Shown here: positions 40,299 through 49,433 of the stretch, piece by piece
Position numbering within the stretch: position 1 is the first letter of the stretch
Layout: the number at the start of each line of letters is the position of its first letter
From: Bacillota bacterium
Lineage (GTDB): Bacteria > Bacillota > JAAYKD01
Assembly (NCBI GenBank): GCA_963666425.2
Contig: OY762825.2
Span: 1,696,001-1,760,000 of the forward strand
Direction: 5' to 3'
Length of the DNA stretch: 64,000 bases
The notes under the pieces: generated by a model
Database searches by the model: none
What the model saw: the letters and a program-made list of their open reading frames with translations, nothing else
Told to the model about the DNA's origin: nothing
Translations under genes and position numbers: made by a program

Positions 40299-41317
40299 AG
40301 CTGTTCTCCCTTTCCGGTGATCAGGTAGAGGAAGAAGGGAGCACCGATCAGAGCCGTGAGAATGCCGATGGGAATCTCAATGGCCAGTAAATTACGGGAA
40401 ACATTATCCACCAAGAGCAGAAACAAAGCGCCAAACAGCATGGCAACCGGCATCAGGGATTGATAATTGCTGCCAACCAGACGCCGGGAGAGATGGGGGA
40501 TGACCAGGCCGACCCAACCGATCATACCGCTGACAGAGACCGCCGCGGCCGTGAGCAAGGTGGAAGCAAGAATCACCAGCAAACGCAGCATTTTGGCATT
40601 GATCCCCATGGTGCGGGCTTGATCATCGCCCAAGGTCAGCAGATTGATCCGCCAGCGCAGCATCAGCAAAATCACAAGACCGACCAGCATCGGGAGGGTC
40701 ACAAAGAGCAAGTCATTGGCTTTGATCCCAGCCAGACTGCCCATCAGCCAGTAAGTGATGGCAGGCAGCTGATCGGTGGGATCCGCCACCAGCTTGAGAA
40801 AGGAAGTTCCGGCGGAAAAGAGGGAACTGATCATCATGCCGGATAAAATGAAACCCAAAACACGGCTGCCTCTGGCGCGCAGGCTGATCAGCCAAACCAG
40901 CAAGACGGTGAGCAGGCTGAAACAGAAGGCGCTCAGCATAATCAGCTGACTGCTGCCGCCCAAAAGAATGGCCAGGGCGGCGCCGAAGGCGGCTCCGGCC
41001 GTAGCGCCCAGAATATCCGGCGAAGCCATGGGGTTTTGGAAGACACCCTGATAGGCGGCTCCGGCAGCGGAAAGAGAGCAGCCCACGAGGCAGGCGGCTA
41101 AGATCCGGGGCAGCCGAACATTGAAGACAATCGATTGCATCCGTTCCGTCCAGAAAGGCGTGATCGAAAAAAACCTGCCTGCCAAAATCCCAAGCAGCTC
41201 AGGCAGCGGCACCGGGTAGCGTCCCAGCAGAAAAGAAAGGCAGATCAGCAAAAACAGCAGCAGGCTGAGCATCAAAATAATCCGATTGGGATGTTTGACT
41301 TTGCTTTGTGGTTTCAT
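40295..41317 (-). CDS. FecCD family ABC permease
   Basis: RLPRILAA, FQNPMASP, GWVGLVIPH, EIPIGILT. Confidence 0.92.
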   Translation of the reverse strand: MKPQSKVKHPNRIILMLSLLLFLLICLSFLLGRYPVPLPELLGILAGRFFSITPFWTERMQSIVFNVRLPRILAACLVGCSLSAAGAAYQGVFQNPMASPDILGATAGAAFGAALAILLGGSSQLIMLSAFCFSLLTVLLVWLISLRARGSRVLGFILSGMMISSLFSAGTSFLKLVADPTDQLPAITYWLMGSLAGIKANDLLFVTLPMLVGLVILLMLRWRINLLTLGDDQARTMGINAKMLRLLVILASTLLTAAAVSVSGMIGWVGLVIPHLSRRLVGSNYQSLMPVAMLFGALFLLLVDNVSRNLLAIEIPIGILTALIGAPFFLYLITGKGEQL

Positions 41318-41937
41318 ACCGTTGCAACCTCGGCTGGATTCGCTCGTTGGCAGCTTGGCGGCACGGCCAGCTTGCCATTCCGCGCCAGGAAGTCATGCAT
41401 TTCCTGCGCGCCGGGCAGGTAATCAACCAACTGCGTGCCAGGCATTGCACAGAACAGCGCTTCCAGTTCGTCGTGATAAAGCAGAAGATCAGGGCTGAGA
41501 CGAGCTTGTTCGATCATTTGTGCCAGATTCGCCCGGCTTTTCCAAACGCCTAGAATAACACGGTCGGAGCAGAACAATTCCCGTAGTCGCTGCCGTACCG
41601 GAGGTAACTGCAGTTCGGCACCGCCGATTTCATCCAAAACCAGAAAGGGCTGGCACTCGGTCAGGGTGATGAATTGCCGCAGAAAGGCATCCGCTGCAAA
41701 CTGAGCACCATCGGCCGTGAGATTCAAGAAAATACCAGCTTGCTTTGGGTCGTATGGCAGACAGGCTGTTTGAGCCTCTGCCGCCGGGGTCAGGCAGTAG
41801 GCTCTGATACCGCTCGGCAGCAGCAGACGCTGCACAATAAAACCTCCGGCCGGCCGTTTTGCTTGACGTAGGGTTTGCAGCAGCAGGCTCGTCTTTCCGC
41901 TACCGGAAGGACCTTGCAATAGCAGCTTGGAGATCAT
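41314..41937 (-). CDS. THEP1-like nucleoside triphosphatase
   Basis: GPSGSGKT, GGF, LDEIGGAEL. Confidence 0.75.
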   Translation of the reverse strand: MISKLLLQGPSGSGKTSLLLQTLRQAKRPAGGFIVQRLLLPSGIRAYCLTPAAEAQTACLPYDPKQAGIFLNLTADGAQFAADAFLRQFITLTECQPFLVLDEIGGAELQLPPVRQRLRELFCSDRVILGVWKSRANLAQMIEQARLSPDLLLYHDELEALFCAMPGTQLVDYLPGAQEMHDFLARNGKLAVPPSCQRANPAEVATV

Positions 41938-42899
41938 TGCGTGTCACCTCCGGGCAGATACTGCTGGAAGCTCTCCTGGAATAATTGTTCGGAATAGAGT
42001 TCCAGGTCACGCTGCATTTTCAGAAACATCGTTAAGAATTCCGTGCCCTGTACGGTGAGTTGTGAACTGCCGCCGCGATCACCGCCGGGATGGCTATCCA
42101 ATAAATCAAAACCCAATTGGCTCTCGGCCATCTTGATCATCTTCCAACCGGTCGAGTAAGACATCGAGAGCAGTTTGCAGGCGGCACTCAAAGAGCCGGC
42201 CAAAGCGATTTTTTCCAATAAAACGGCGGTATCATCCTGAAAAAATACTTCCCGTCGGCTGAAAGAGAGCTGCACGCTGCAAGTGACCGGATTAGTCTGC
42301 GACATTGCCGCAGCATAGAGTTTCAGGCGCTGATAATCTTCCGGCCGATCGGCATCCAGGGTCATGCCCAAATCCGGCAACTCAATCGTTTCTTTGCTGC
42401 ATTCAAGCGAGGCCAGGGCAGCCTGTAAACCACCGTCGCCTTTGAATTGCAACAGGTCATGGATGATGCCGTTCTGCAGCAGCACAGGGTGGCCGGAGCG
42501 GCCTTTGTGGCTGGGAAACAGAATGGCAGAATGTGAGTAATCCATCAAGCCCATCATTGTCAGTAAAGAGCGTTTGGAGAACAGCGGCACATCGGCGGGC
42601 AGGAAAAAAAAGCGTTCGCAGCGCTCTTGGATCCATTGCAGGCCAAGGCAGGCGGAAAAAAACATATCCGTCGTGCGGTAATCCGGATTATAGAGGCAGG
42701 TAACGTCCAACGGGGCAAGATGATGCTGCAGCCGTTCCGCTTCCCGCCCGGTTATGACCACGATGGGATCGGCACCGGCGGCTTTCAGCGTTTCTATGGC
42801 GGTCTTAATGACGGTGGAACCACCCAGCTGCAGCATGGGTTTGAATGATTTCATGCGGGAAGATAAGCCTGCTGCGACAATGACTGCTCCGGTCTTCAT
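41934..42899 (-). CDS. MocA/MobA-like NTP transferase fused to a C-terminal ModE-type wHTH
   Basis: AAGLSSRM..FKP, PADVP, GHP, DADRPED; C-terminal GSLSAACKLLSMSYSTGW...GGDRGGSSQLT; AGGAGG RBS. Confidence 0.85.
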   Translation of the reverse strand: MKTGAVIVAAGLSSRMKSFKPMLQLGGSTVIKTAIETLKAAGADPIVVITGREAERLQHHLAPLDVTCLYNPDYRTTDMFFSACLGLQWIQERCERFFFLPADVPLFSKRSLLTMMGLMDYSHSAILFPSHKGRSGHPVLLQNGIIHDLLQFKGDGGLQAALASLECSKETIELPDLGMTLDADRPEDYQRLKLYAAAMSQTNPVTCSVQLSFSRREVFFQDDTAVLLEKIALAGSLSAACKLLSMSYSTGWKMIKMAESQLGFDLLDSHPGGDRGGSSQLTVQGTEFLTMFLKMQRDLELYSEQLFQESFQQYLPGGDTQ

Positions 42900-42990
42900 A
42901 AGTAACCTCCTATCGAGTGATATCGTAAAACATAACGATGGCAGAAAGGGTCCCGGCAGGCGTTTCTGCCGGGAAGAGATCAGCTTTAGT

Positions 42991-43419
42991 TTATAACAGC
43001 TGCGGCAGCGTGTCAATTACAAAAGCCATGATCGCGGGACAAATTTCCTGGGCTTGACCAGACTCCGACAGCCGCGCTTTTTGCTGTGGATCGGAAAGGT
43101 TGCTTTTTAGAATTTCCCGGCAGGTAAGACCGGGATACTCTTCCAGGAAATATTCCTGCAGGCGGCTGACTTTTGCTTTCAGCATGGCTTTTTGCTCTGT
43201 TGGCGCGCTGGTGCTGTTGCCGTAGCGTAAACCTAAAACCATCACGGCAGCGGCATAGGCGCCGCAAACCTCACCGCAGTAGAGACCGCCGCCAAATCCA
43301 GCCGCCAGGCGGCGAGCCATGTCGGCAGAGAGGCCAAGTTGTTCAGCGAAGGCGGCCAACACGATTTGGGCACAGTTGAAACCGAGGGCATGCTGCTGAT
43401 TCACGTAGGTGAGACTCAT
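42991..43419 (-). CDS. C-GCAxxG-C-C family putative redox protein
   Basis: GFNCAQ, GFGGG, CGA, TCREI, final C. Confidence 0.85.
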   Translation of the reverse strand: MSLTYVNQQHALGFNCAQIVLAAFAEQLGLSADMARRLAAGFGGGLYCGEVCGAYAAAVMVLGLRYGNSTSAPTEQKAMLKAKVSRLQEYFLEEYPGLTCREILKSNLSDPQQKARLSESGQAQEICPAIMAFVIDTLPQLL

Positions 43420-43422
43420 GGC

Positions 43423-43734
43423 TTACTCCCGATAAGAACAGCAGTAATCGGTGACGGTTTGCACTTTCAATTGAAAACGGGAATTGGCGGCAACGGTAAA
43501 CTGACTGTCTGCTTCATAACGCCGGTATTCTGTTTCTCCGGGTAAGCGTACATCGACCGTGCCGGCTAAAATCTGCATCAGTTCTTCGGCTGCAGTGGCA
43601 AATTCGTATTCACCCGGCAAAAAAATACCTAGAGTTTTGCGTTCGCCCTGGGCGGTAAAGAAGGTGCGGCTGCTGACTTTGCCATCAAAATAGATATTGG
43701 CTTTGGCAATTAGGGTGACATTTTTAAATTCCAT
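43423..43734 (-). CDS. ppnP: pyrimidine/purine nucleoside phosphorylase (PpnP/YaiE cupin)
   Basis: KANIYFDGKVSSR, KTLG...GEYEF, DYCCSY; AGGAGG RBS. Confidence 0.85.
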   Translation of the reverse strand: MEFKNVTLIAKANIYFDGKVSSRTFFTAQGERKTLGIFLPGEYEFATAAEELMQILAGTVDVRLPGETEYRRYEADSQFTVAANSRFQLKVQTVTDYCCSYRE

Positions 43735-43747
43735 AATTCTTTCCTCC

Positions 43748-44893
43748 TTAAAAAATCTTTCGTTTTCCGGCATCGCAATCGAGCTTACCGATGGTAATCT
43801 GAATCGGAAATTCCCGCTGCAGAGCAGTAAAAATACGGTCTTGTATTTGCTGCGGGCTGAGTAAGGTATCGAGTATGAGGTGTAAGTGATCCTGCTGCCG
43901 TTCTGCCCGGTAATTCTTTACCTCGGGTAGAGAAAAGACGGCTTGGTCCAGCTCATGCACCATCAGCCAGCCCCAAAGTTTTTCCTGCCGCAGCCGCGTT
44001 TGTTCTTCATCCAGGCGATAAGGATAGATGTCTGGCAGCAGGCGGCCGCGATCTCCGGTGCGGTAGCGCAGCAGCGGCATGGCTTCCCGCTGCAGTGTGG
44101 TCAGCACGATTTCACCCCAGTCACCCGGCCGTAAAAGCGTATCGCTGTTGGGATCGGCAATTTCCAGCTTGATGTACGGGTGGCAGATTTGCAGGCCGGG
44201 TCCGTTTTGACAGCGCACCGCGCAGCCAAAGCCGCTTTCGGTCAGACCATAATGCGGATGTGTGCGGCAATGCCAGGTTTGCTCCAATTCACGCAGCAGC
44301 CAGGTAGGTGTATTATCGCCGGTCACCAGCAACGATTTAGGCCGCAGCTGCGGTGCGGCGCGGCTGAGAACCAGCAGGGGAATGGGATAACCGGCCAGAC
44401 AATCCGCGTTTTGGGCAGCAAGCGCTGCTGCTGCCGGATTGGTGATAAAGCCATAGGCTTTGGCCTTTCCGCCAAAACTTGTAATCGCCTGCTCCAGTAA
44501 ATCGCCCACGCTGTGCTCCGTGGCGCCGGGGAGAAAGAGAACAGCCGTTTCACCGGGCTGCATCAACTCCCGCATACCTGCCGAAAAATATTCGATGGTG
44601 TGCAGCAAATCTCTTTTAGAAAAAAAGAGGCGTTTGGCTTGGCCGGTGGTACCGGAAGTGGGCAGCGTGGTGATGCGCGCCACCTGCCGCGGCGGGATGC
44701 AGAGAAAGCGCTGCGGATCCGCAATCAATTGGGCGGCGGTGGTGAAGGATGGAATATCTTGCGCGTAAAAATTCGAACGCTGCGCCTGCTTTATCTGCCG
44801 CTGCAGTGCCTGTTGCTGCCAGGCTTCGAGTGCTTGGAAGTCTGCAATTTGGCAATGCTGCAGCGTCCAATTTTCCACAAAAGATAGGCTCAT
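43748..44893 (-). CDS. PaaK-like AMP-dependent CoA ligase (DVU_1553-like)
   Basis: TSGTTG, HYGLTESG, EIVLTTL, LRYRTGD. Confidence 0.82.
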   Translation of the reverse strand: MSLSFVENWTLQHCQIADFQALEAWQQQALQRQIKQAQRSNFYAQDIPSFTTAAQLIADPQRFLCIPPRQVARITTLPTSGTTGQAKRLFFSKRDLLHTIEYFSAGMRELMQPGETAVLFLPGATEHSVGDLLEQAITSFGGKAKAYGFITNPAAAALAAQNADCLAGYPIPLLVLSRAAPQLRPKSLLVTGDNTPTWLLRELEQTWHCRTHPHYGLTESGFGCAVRCQNGPGLQICHPYIKLEIADPNSDTLLRPGDWGEIVLTTLQREAMPLLRYRTGDRGRLLPDIYPYRLDEEQTRLRQEKLWGWLMVHELDQAVFSLPEVKNYRAERQQDHLHLILDTLLSPQQIQDRIFTALQREFPIQITIGKLDCDAGKRKIF

Positions 44894-45483
44894 GACACTC
44901 CCTCCAAGATTGCCAAAAAATAGCCGCATTTAGCCTGATGTAAAGCCGTTCGGTCCAGTTCGGTGTAGATTTGCTGACTGCCCCGCTCCAGAATCCATTG
45001 TCCCCAGAACTGCGGCAGCTCTGCGGAATGATCCTGCCAGCTGAGAAGTCTAAAACCGGCGGCTTGGAAGCGCTGCAGCAGGGTGGAGTGGCTTTCCATT
45101 CGGCCCAGCACACCGGAAAAGTCGGCGGGCTGGCCACGGGCGTAAAAATCAGAGATCAGCAATTTCCCGTCTGCTTTTAAGACACGGTGGGCTTCGCTCA
45201 AAGCAAGCTCCGGAGCAGTGATTTTAGAAAAGCTGCATTCGAACAGCAGACCATCAAAGCTGCTCTGCGCAAAAGGCAGAGCGGCGGCATCCGCCTGCAT
45301 CACACCGGCAGCAGGCAGCAAATCTACCCCAATCGCCTGATAGCCTAAATCCGTCAGCAAGGCAACGGTAGCGCCTGTACCGCAGCCGATATCCAAAAGA
45401 CGGGCTGCCGGAGGAAATTGACTGGTTGCCAAACCCTGGCGGGTCAAAGCCAAGCCACCCGGACGGCAGACGCTCAGTTCCAT
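44890..45483 (-). CDS. class I SAM methyltransferase (DVU_1556-like)
   Basis: RPGGLALT, LDIGCGTG, LPF, RVLKADG. Confidence 0.85.
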   Translation of the reverse strand: MELSVCRPGGLALTRQGLATSQFPPAARLLDIGCGTGATVALLTDLGYQAIGVDLLPAAGVMQADAAALPFAQSSFDGLLFECSFSKITAPELALSEAHRVLKADGKLLISDFYARGQPADFSGVLGRMESHSTLLQRFQAAGFRLLSWQDHSAELPQFWGQWILERGSQQIYTELDRTALHQAKCGYFLAILEGVS

Positions 45484-46829
45484 GGCGTTAAGTAGTGGGC
45501 GCAGAAGGGGATCAATTTGCCTTGAGCGTAAACATGCAGGCTGCAGCGCTGCAGGCGTTCCAGATCGATCGTACCGGCATCCTGAAAGGCCATGGCGGTG
45601 ATCGTGAAGCCATGCGAACGCACGCGTTGGGCGAAATAATCCAAATCCTGCAGATCTCCGGGCTTGCCGTCTGGCGGACGCGCTGCCGGGCTATGTTGCC
45701 GCAGTAAGTTCGTTTTCTTGCTCTGCGGTGCTTCGCTGTTTGGGAAAACCGATTTTTCCCGCAGCCAGCGTCGGGCAACGAAATTGCGATTCTGTGCCGC
45801 TGTCGCCGGTTTGGCGCCAGCGCAGCTGCAGTTGGGGGCTGCCTGAGAAAGAGCTCTTGGCTGCTGGTTTTCGTCGATCACGAAGTCACCGTGGAAACCA
45901 CAGAGCGGATGGTCGCAGCGGGAAGGAAGCAAATTCTTCACTTTTACCTGACCAGTCGTCTGCCGTTCGATTTCCACGAGCAAGCTATCCAGAGTCAGGC
46001 GGTCTTCGTCTTGCGGCGGCTGCGGAATGCGGCCGAAATAGCTGACAGGCTGAAAGTGCACGCCGCGGATGGCCGGGGAGTTGGCAAAAGCAAACTGCAG
46101 CATGCTGCCGATGGCATCGACGTTCACCCCCGGTACCAGAGTCGGCACCAGTGTGACACCAATCTGTTCCGCAGCACAATTTTTGATGGCCTGCAGTTTT
46201 CGTTCCAGCAGCGGCTTACCGCGCAATTGCTGATAAATGCTGTCCTGCAGACCGTCGAATTGCAAAAAAACAAAAGATAAACCCGCTTCGGCAAGCGCAT
46301 GAACATAAGCGGGGGATTCAGCCAAACGAATGCCGTTGCTATTCAGTTGGATATAACGAATACCGGCGCTTTTAGCTGCGGCAATGATTTGCGGCAAGTC
46401 GTCGCGCAGGGTTGGCTCTCCGCCGGACAGTTGCAGCAGCATCTGACCCGGTTCAGCGATTTTTTGCATGGCGTCCAGCAATTCCGCAAAGGCAACATCG
46501 CTGCCACCGCCGCCCGCAGCGAAGCAAAAAGGGCAGAGCAGATTACAGCGTCCGGTCACTTCCAAAACCACACAGCAGGTTCCCTGCCGATGTTCGCCAC
46601 AAAGGCCGCAGGCAGTGGGGCAGGGAGGCGCTTGCTCCAGTTCCGGCAAATTACCGCGCCATTTGTCGATATCAAGTTGGTTGCGCCAAATCGGCGCCGA
46701 AAAAAACCCGTGTTGGGGGCACGTTTTTTGCAAGGTAATTTCTCCGTGTTCATCCTGCACCTGTTCGGCCGGCAGCTGCCGCAGACAGACGGGACAGAGA
46801 CTGTAGGTATGGCGGATCACTCTGCCCAT
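45474..46829 (-). CDS. trsS: radical SAM protein, TrsS / tetraether-synthase-related family
   Basis: SLCPVC..KTCPQHG, CPTACGLCGEH, CNLLCPFC, SGGEP, FLQFDG, HFQP, CDHPLC, MAFQD, IPFC. Confidence 0.8.
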   Translation of the reverse strand: MGRVIRHTYSLCPVCLRQLPAEQVQDEHGEITLQKTCPQHGFFSAPIWRNQLDIDKWRGNLPELEQAPPCPTACGLCGEHRQGTCCVVLEVTGRCNLLCPFCFAAGGGGSDVAFAELLDAMQKIAEPGQMLLQLSGGEPTLRDDLPQIIAAAKSAGIRYIQLNSNGIRLAESPAYVHALAEAGLSFVFLQFDGLQDSIYQQLRGKPLLERKLQAIKNCAAEQIGVTLVPTLVPGVNVDAIGSMLQFAFANSPAIRGVHFQPVSYFGRIPQPPQDEDRLTLDSLLVEIERQTTGQVKVKNLLPSRCDHPLCGFHGDFVIDENQQPRALSQAAPNCSCAGAKPATAAQNRNFVARRWLREKSVFPNSEAPQSKKTNLLRQHSPAARPPDGKPGDLQDLDYFAQRVRSHGFTITAMAFQDAGTIDLERLQRCSLHVYAQGKLIPFCAHYLTPWN

Positions 46830-47029
46830 TATTTATCCTCCAGTTCCTGCTCTACTTCCGCCATGCGTCCGCGCGCCAGTTCTTCCGGAATGTAAACCAG
46901 ACCGCAGACGGGGCAGGTGGGAATATCGGTAAAAAAGCTGTGACCCAGATAATGAAAGAACGTTTTTTTCGGCTGCAGCGCTACCTTGCAGCGGTAACAG
47001 ATCAATTTCTTGGCGGTTGGTTCTGGCAT
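46829..47029 (-). CDS. small CxxC-CxxC protein (DVU_1557-like)
   Basis: CYRC...CPVCGLVYIPEELA..RMAEVEQELEDK. Confidence 0.8.
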   Translation of the reverse strand: MPEPTAKKLICYRCKVALQPKKTFFHYLGHSFFTDIPTCPVCGLVYIPEELARGRMAEVEQELEDK

Positions 47030-47030
47030 T

Positions 47031-49247
47031 TTATGATTCTCCTAAGCTCATGCGGTGGCAGTAAGCATTTTCTAAGCAGCAGCCGTCGGCTGTCAATCGG
47101 TATTCGACCCAAAATGTCATTTGTCCGATTTGCAGGTGGCCAAAGCAAAGACCGCTTTCATCCATCGCTTTTTCGCCGCTTGTTTCGCAGTGACGGATCA
47201 CAGCTTCGACATCCTCCAGCAAAATCAAATCACGGTGCAATTTTTCCGTCGTTTCCGGTGTAAGCCGGAGCTGCAGTCGGTTTTCTGACATGGGTGTTTC
47301 CTCCCCGAAAAATTCGTGTAAGAGTGTTTGCTTCAGCAGCCGACGATTCTGGCGGCTCTCGCTGGCTGTGGGTGCCCTGCGATAGGCGGCTTCTTGGTCG
47401 GTGTGCCGGTTGAGAGCAAAGAGCAGATCGAGCAGATGATAGGCCGGTTTGCCCGCTCCGGCAAAAACATCGCGGCAGTTTGCACAGTAGGTGAGATACG
47501 GCAGTTCGCTCCTGGCAGCGCGATCGCGCACGACCGAAGCAAAATAAGCTGGATTGGCAATGGAAACCTGTCCGCCCCAACCACAGCAGAGCGGTAATTC
47601 CGCCTCATCTTCGATTTGGTAACCGGCTCTTTTTACCAAAGCGCGGACGCTCCCGTGTAATTCCGGATCTCCTTCCGATTGACAGGGGTCAAAGACCGCC
47701 AGCCGGGCTGCTTCTGCGGCGGTGATCGGCGGTTGAAAATCGTGCTGTTCCATCACCTGATAGAGCATGCGGCTTTCGATTTCCGGCAGAAATTGCCGGA
47801 AGATACTGCGGCAGCTGACGCAGGCAAAGATGGCAATCGGCCGACCGAAAGCCAGCCATTGCCGTCGGATCTGTTCTACCGTGCTCTGCAGGAGGGCCTG
47901 ATCACCGGCCCAGAGCGCTGGCGCTCCGCAGCAGCCGGTGAAGATTGCCGTATCGGGTTCCACACTTAAAAGATAGCGATAACTCTCCGTGACATAACGC
48001 GGATCCGAACCGCCCAGACGGCAGCCGGGAAAGAAGAAGTAGCTGGTTTTTTTGCTCTGCGCGGCCGGACGAACCAGAGCAGAGTCCGCTCCGTTGGAAA
48101 ACTCCAGATCCCGCAGCCAGAAAGCATGGAAAGGCCAGGGCATGGCGCCTTTTTCCTGCATGCTGCGATGACTTTGTAAGAGAAAAGCGCCGGTATCAAT
48201 GCCTTGCGGACAGACGGTTTTACAGACGTCGCAATGATTGCAGGTTGCGATCAGCCGAGTAGCCACCGTGCCGTTGCCATCCAGCGTACCGGGGTGAATC
48301 GTGACCTCCACCTCTTCCTCGATACGGCCGGGCGATTTGCCGTAATAACGCATCAGGTCACAGTGCTGCAGACAGGCATCGCATTGACATTTCAGACAGC
48401 GCTTGGCTTCTTGGACTGCCTGGTCTCGTGTAAAATCGCCGTCGGTAACAGCGGGCAGCGCCAGGGGAATGGATCTGGCATCCATGACCAGTTTGGTCTC
48501 CTGCCTGGCTTCCGGTGAGCGCATCAGCCCGGTTTTCAGGTAAGCTTCGATCACACCGGCCATCCTCAAGCCGGTGGCAATGGCGTCGGCCGGCTGTTCA
48601 CCGCCGCCCAGAAAAACACCGTCTTGCCCGCTGACTCCAGCCGGGCCGCCAAAACCAAAACGATTGCCCTGTGGACCGATTGCGATATAAATCGCGTCGG
48701 CTGTGATCGTCGCAAGATCAGTAATTTCGCAATTCAGCTTCAGCTCATAATGTTCATAGCTAAATTGCAGCTCGAGATCGGGTAAAAATTGTTCCGGCGG
48801 CAGCAGATCCCAGAGGCAGCCACCGATGCGATTGCTCTTTTCATAGAGGACAACCTCGTACTTGCGGGCGGTCAGCCGCAGCGCACAGGCAAGACCATCC
48901 GGTCCTGCGCCAATGATAGCAATTTTTTTATTTTTCGCCGGCAGCTGATACTGATTTGGTTGGCGATTGGCAGCGTAGGCAACCGCCGCTTGTTCCAATT
49001 TGCCCAGCAGCACAGCTTCGTCTTTTTCTTGGCGGATACAGGCAGCTGCGCAAGGCCGATGGCAGATCTGGGCAACAATCGCCGGAAAGCCGACCGTATT
49101 CTGGAACAGTCGATAAGCACTATTGAAGCTGCCGCGCTGCAGGCGGCTGATCAAGTCGCGCACATCCAGCCCGAAAGGACAGACAGATGAGCAAAACGGT
49201 GGTTCTTCCCGCAGACAATTTTTCAGTGTTTCTTTGAAATCACGCAT
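47031..49247 (-). CDS. pyridine nucleotide-disulfide oxidoreductase / Fe-S dicluster / CCG-domain protein
   Basis: N-terminal GltD-like Cys motifs, IIGAGPDG, CxxCxxCxxxCP, CCG motifs. Confidence 0.82.
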   Translation of the reverse strand: MRDFKETLKNCLREEPPFCSSVCPFGLDVRDLISRLQRGSFNSAYRLFQNTVGFPAIVAQICHRPCAAACIRQEKDEAVLLGKLEQAAVAYAANRQPNQYQLPAKNKKIAIIGAGPDGLACALRLTARKYEVVLYEKSNRIGGCLWDLLPPEQFLPDLELQFSYEHYELKLNCEITDLATITADAIYIAIGPQGNRFGFGGPAGVSGQDGVFLGGGEQPADAIATGLRMAGVIEAYLKTGLMRSPEARQETKLVMDARSIPLALPAVTDGDFTRDQAVQEAKRCLKCQCDACLQHCDLMRYYGKSPGRIEEEVEVTIHPGTLDGNGTVATRLIATCNHCDVCKTVCPQGIDTGAFLLQSHRSMQEKGAMPWPFHAFWLRDLEFSNGADSALVRPAAQSKKTSYFFFPGCRLGGSDPRYVTESYRYLLSVEPDTAIFTGCCGAPALWAGDQALLQSTVEQIRRQWLAFGRPIAIFACVSCRSIFRQFLPEIESRMLYQVMEQHDFQPPITAAEAARLAVFDPCQSEGDPELHGSVRALVKRAGYQIEDEAELPLCCGWGGQVSIANPAYFASVVRDRAARSELPYLTYCANCRDVFAGAGKPAYHLLDLLFALNRHTDQEAAYRRAPTASESRQNRRLLKQTLLHEFFGEETPMSENRLQLRLTPETTEKLHRDLILLEDVEAVIRHCETSGEKAMDESGLCFGHLQIGQMTFWVEYRLTADGCCLENAYCHRMSLGES

Positions 49248-49267
49248 TTTTGCTCCTTTGGCTTGCT

Positions 49268-49311
49268 AAAAAAAGGAGAGGATCATTCACTTTTGTGAAT
49301 CATCCTCTCCT
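49268..49311 (-). terminator. intra-cluster Rho-independent terminator
   Basis: ggagaggatgattcac-aaaa-gtgaatgatcctctcc plus T7 on the minus strand. Confidence 0.75.
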
Positions 49312-49433
49312 CGTATTTTGAGAAGCGATGAAACGGAAGTGAGTTACACAACCGTTTACAAACGCAGCGGCATAGGGCCTGGCGGCGTCGATTTTTAAGA
49401 TCAACCATTCAGAAGGGGATCAATCTCACCCGT

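Noticed and set aside
42991-46829. Selenocysteine in TrsS or the C-GCAxxG-C-C protein
   Set aside because: Both frames are uninterrupted and use Cys; there is no in-frame TGA
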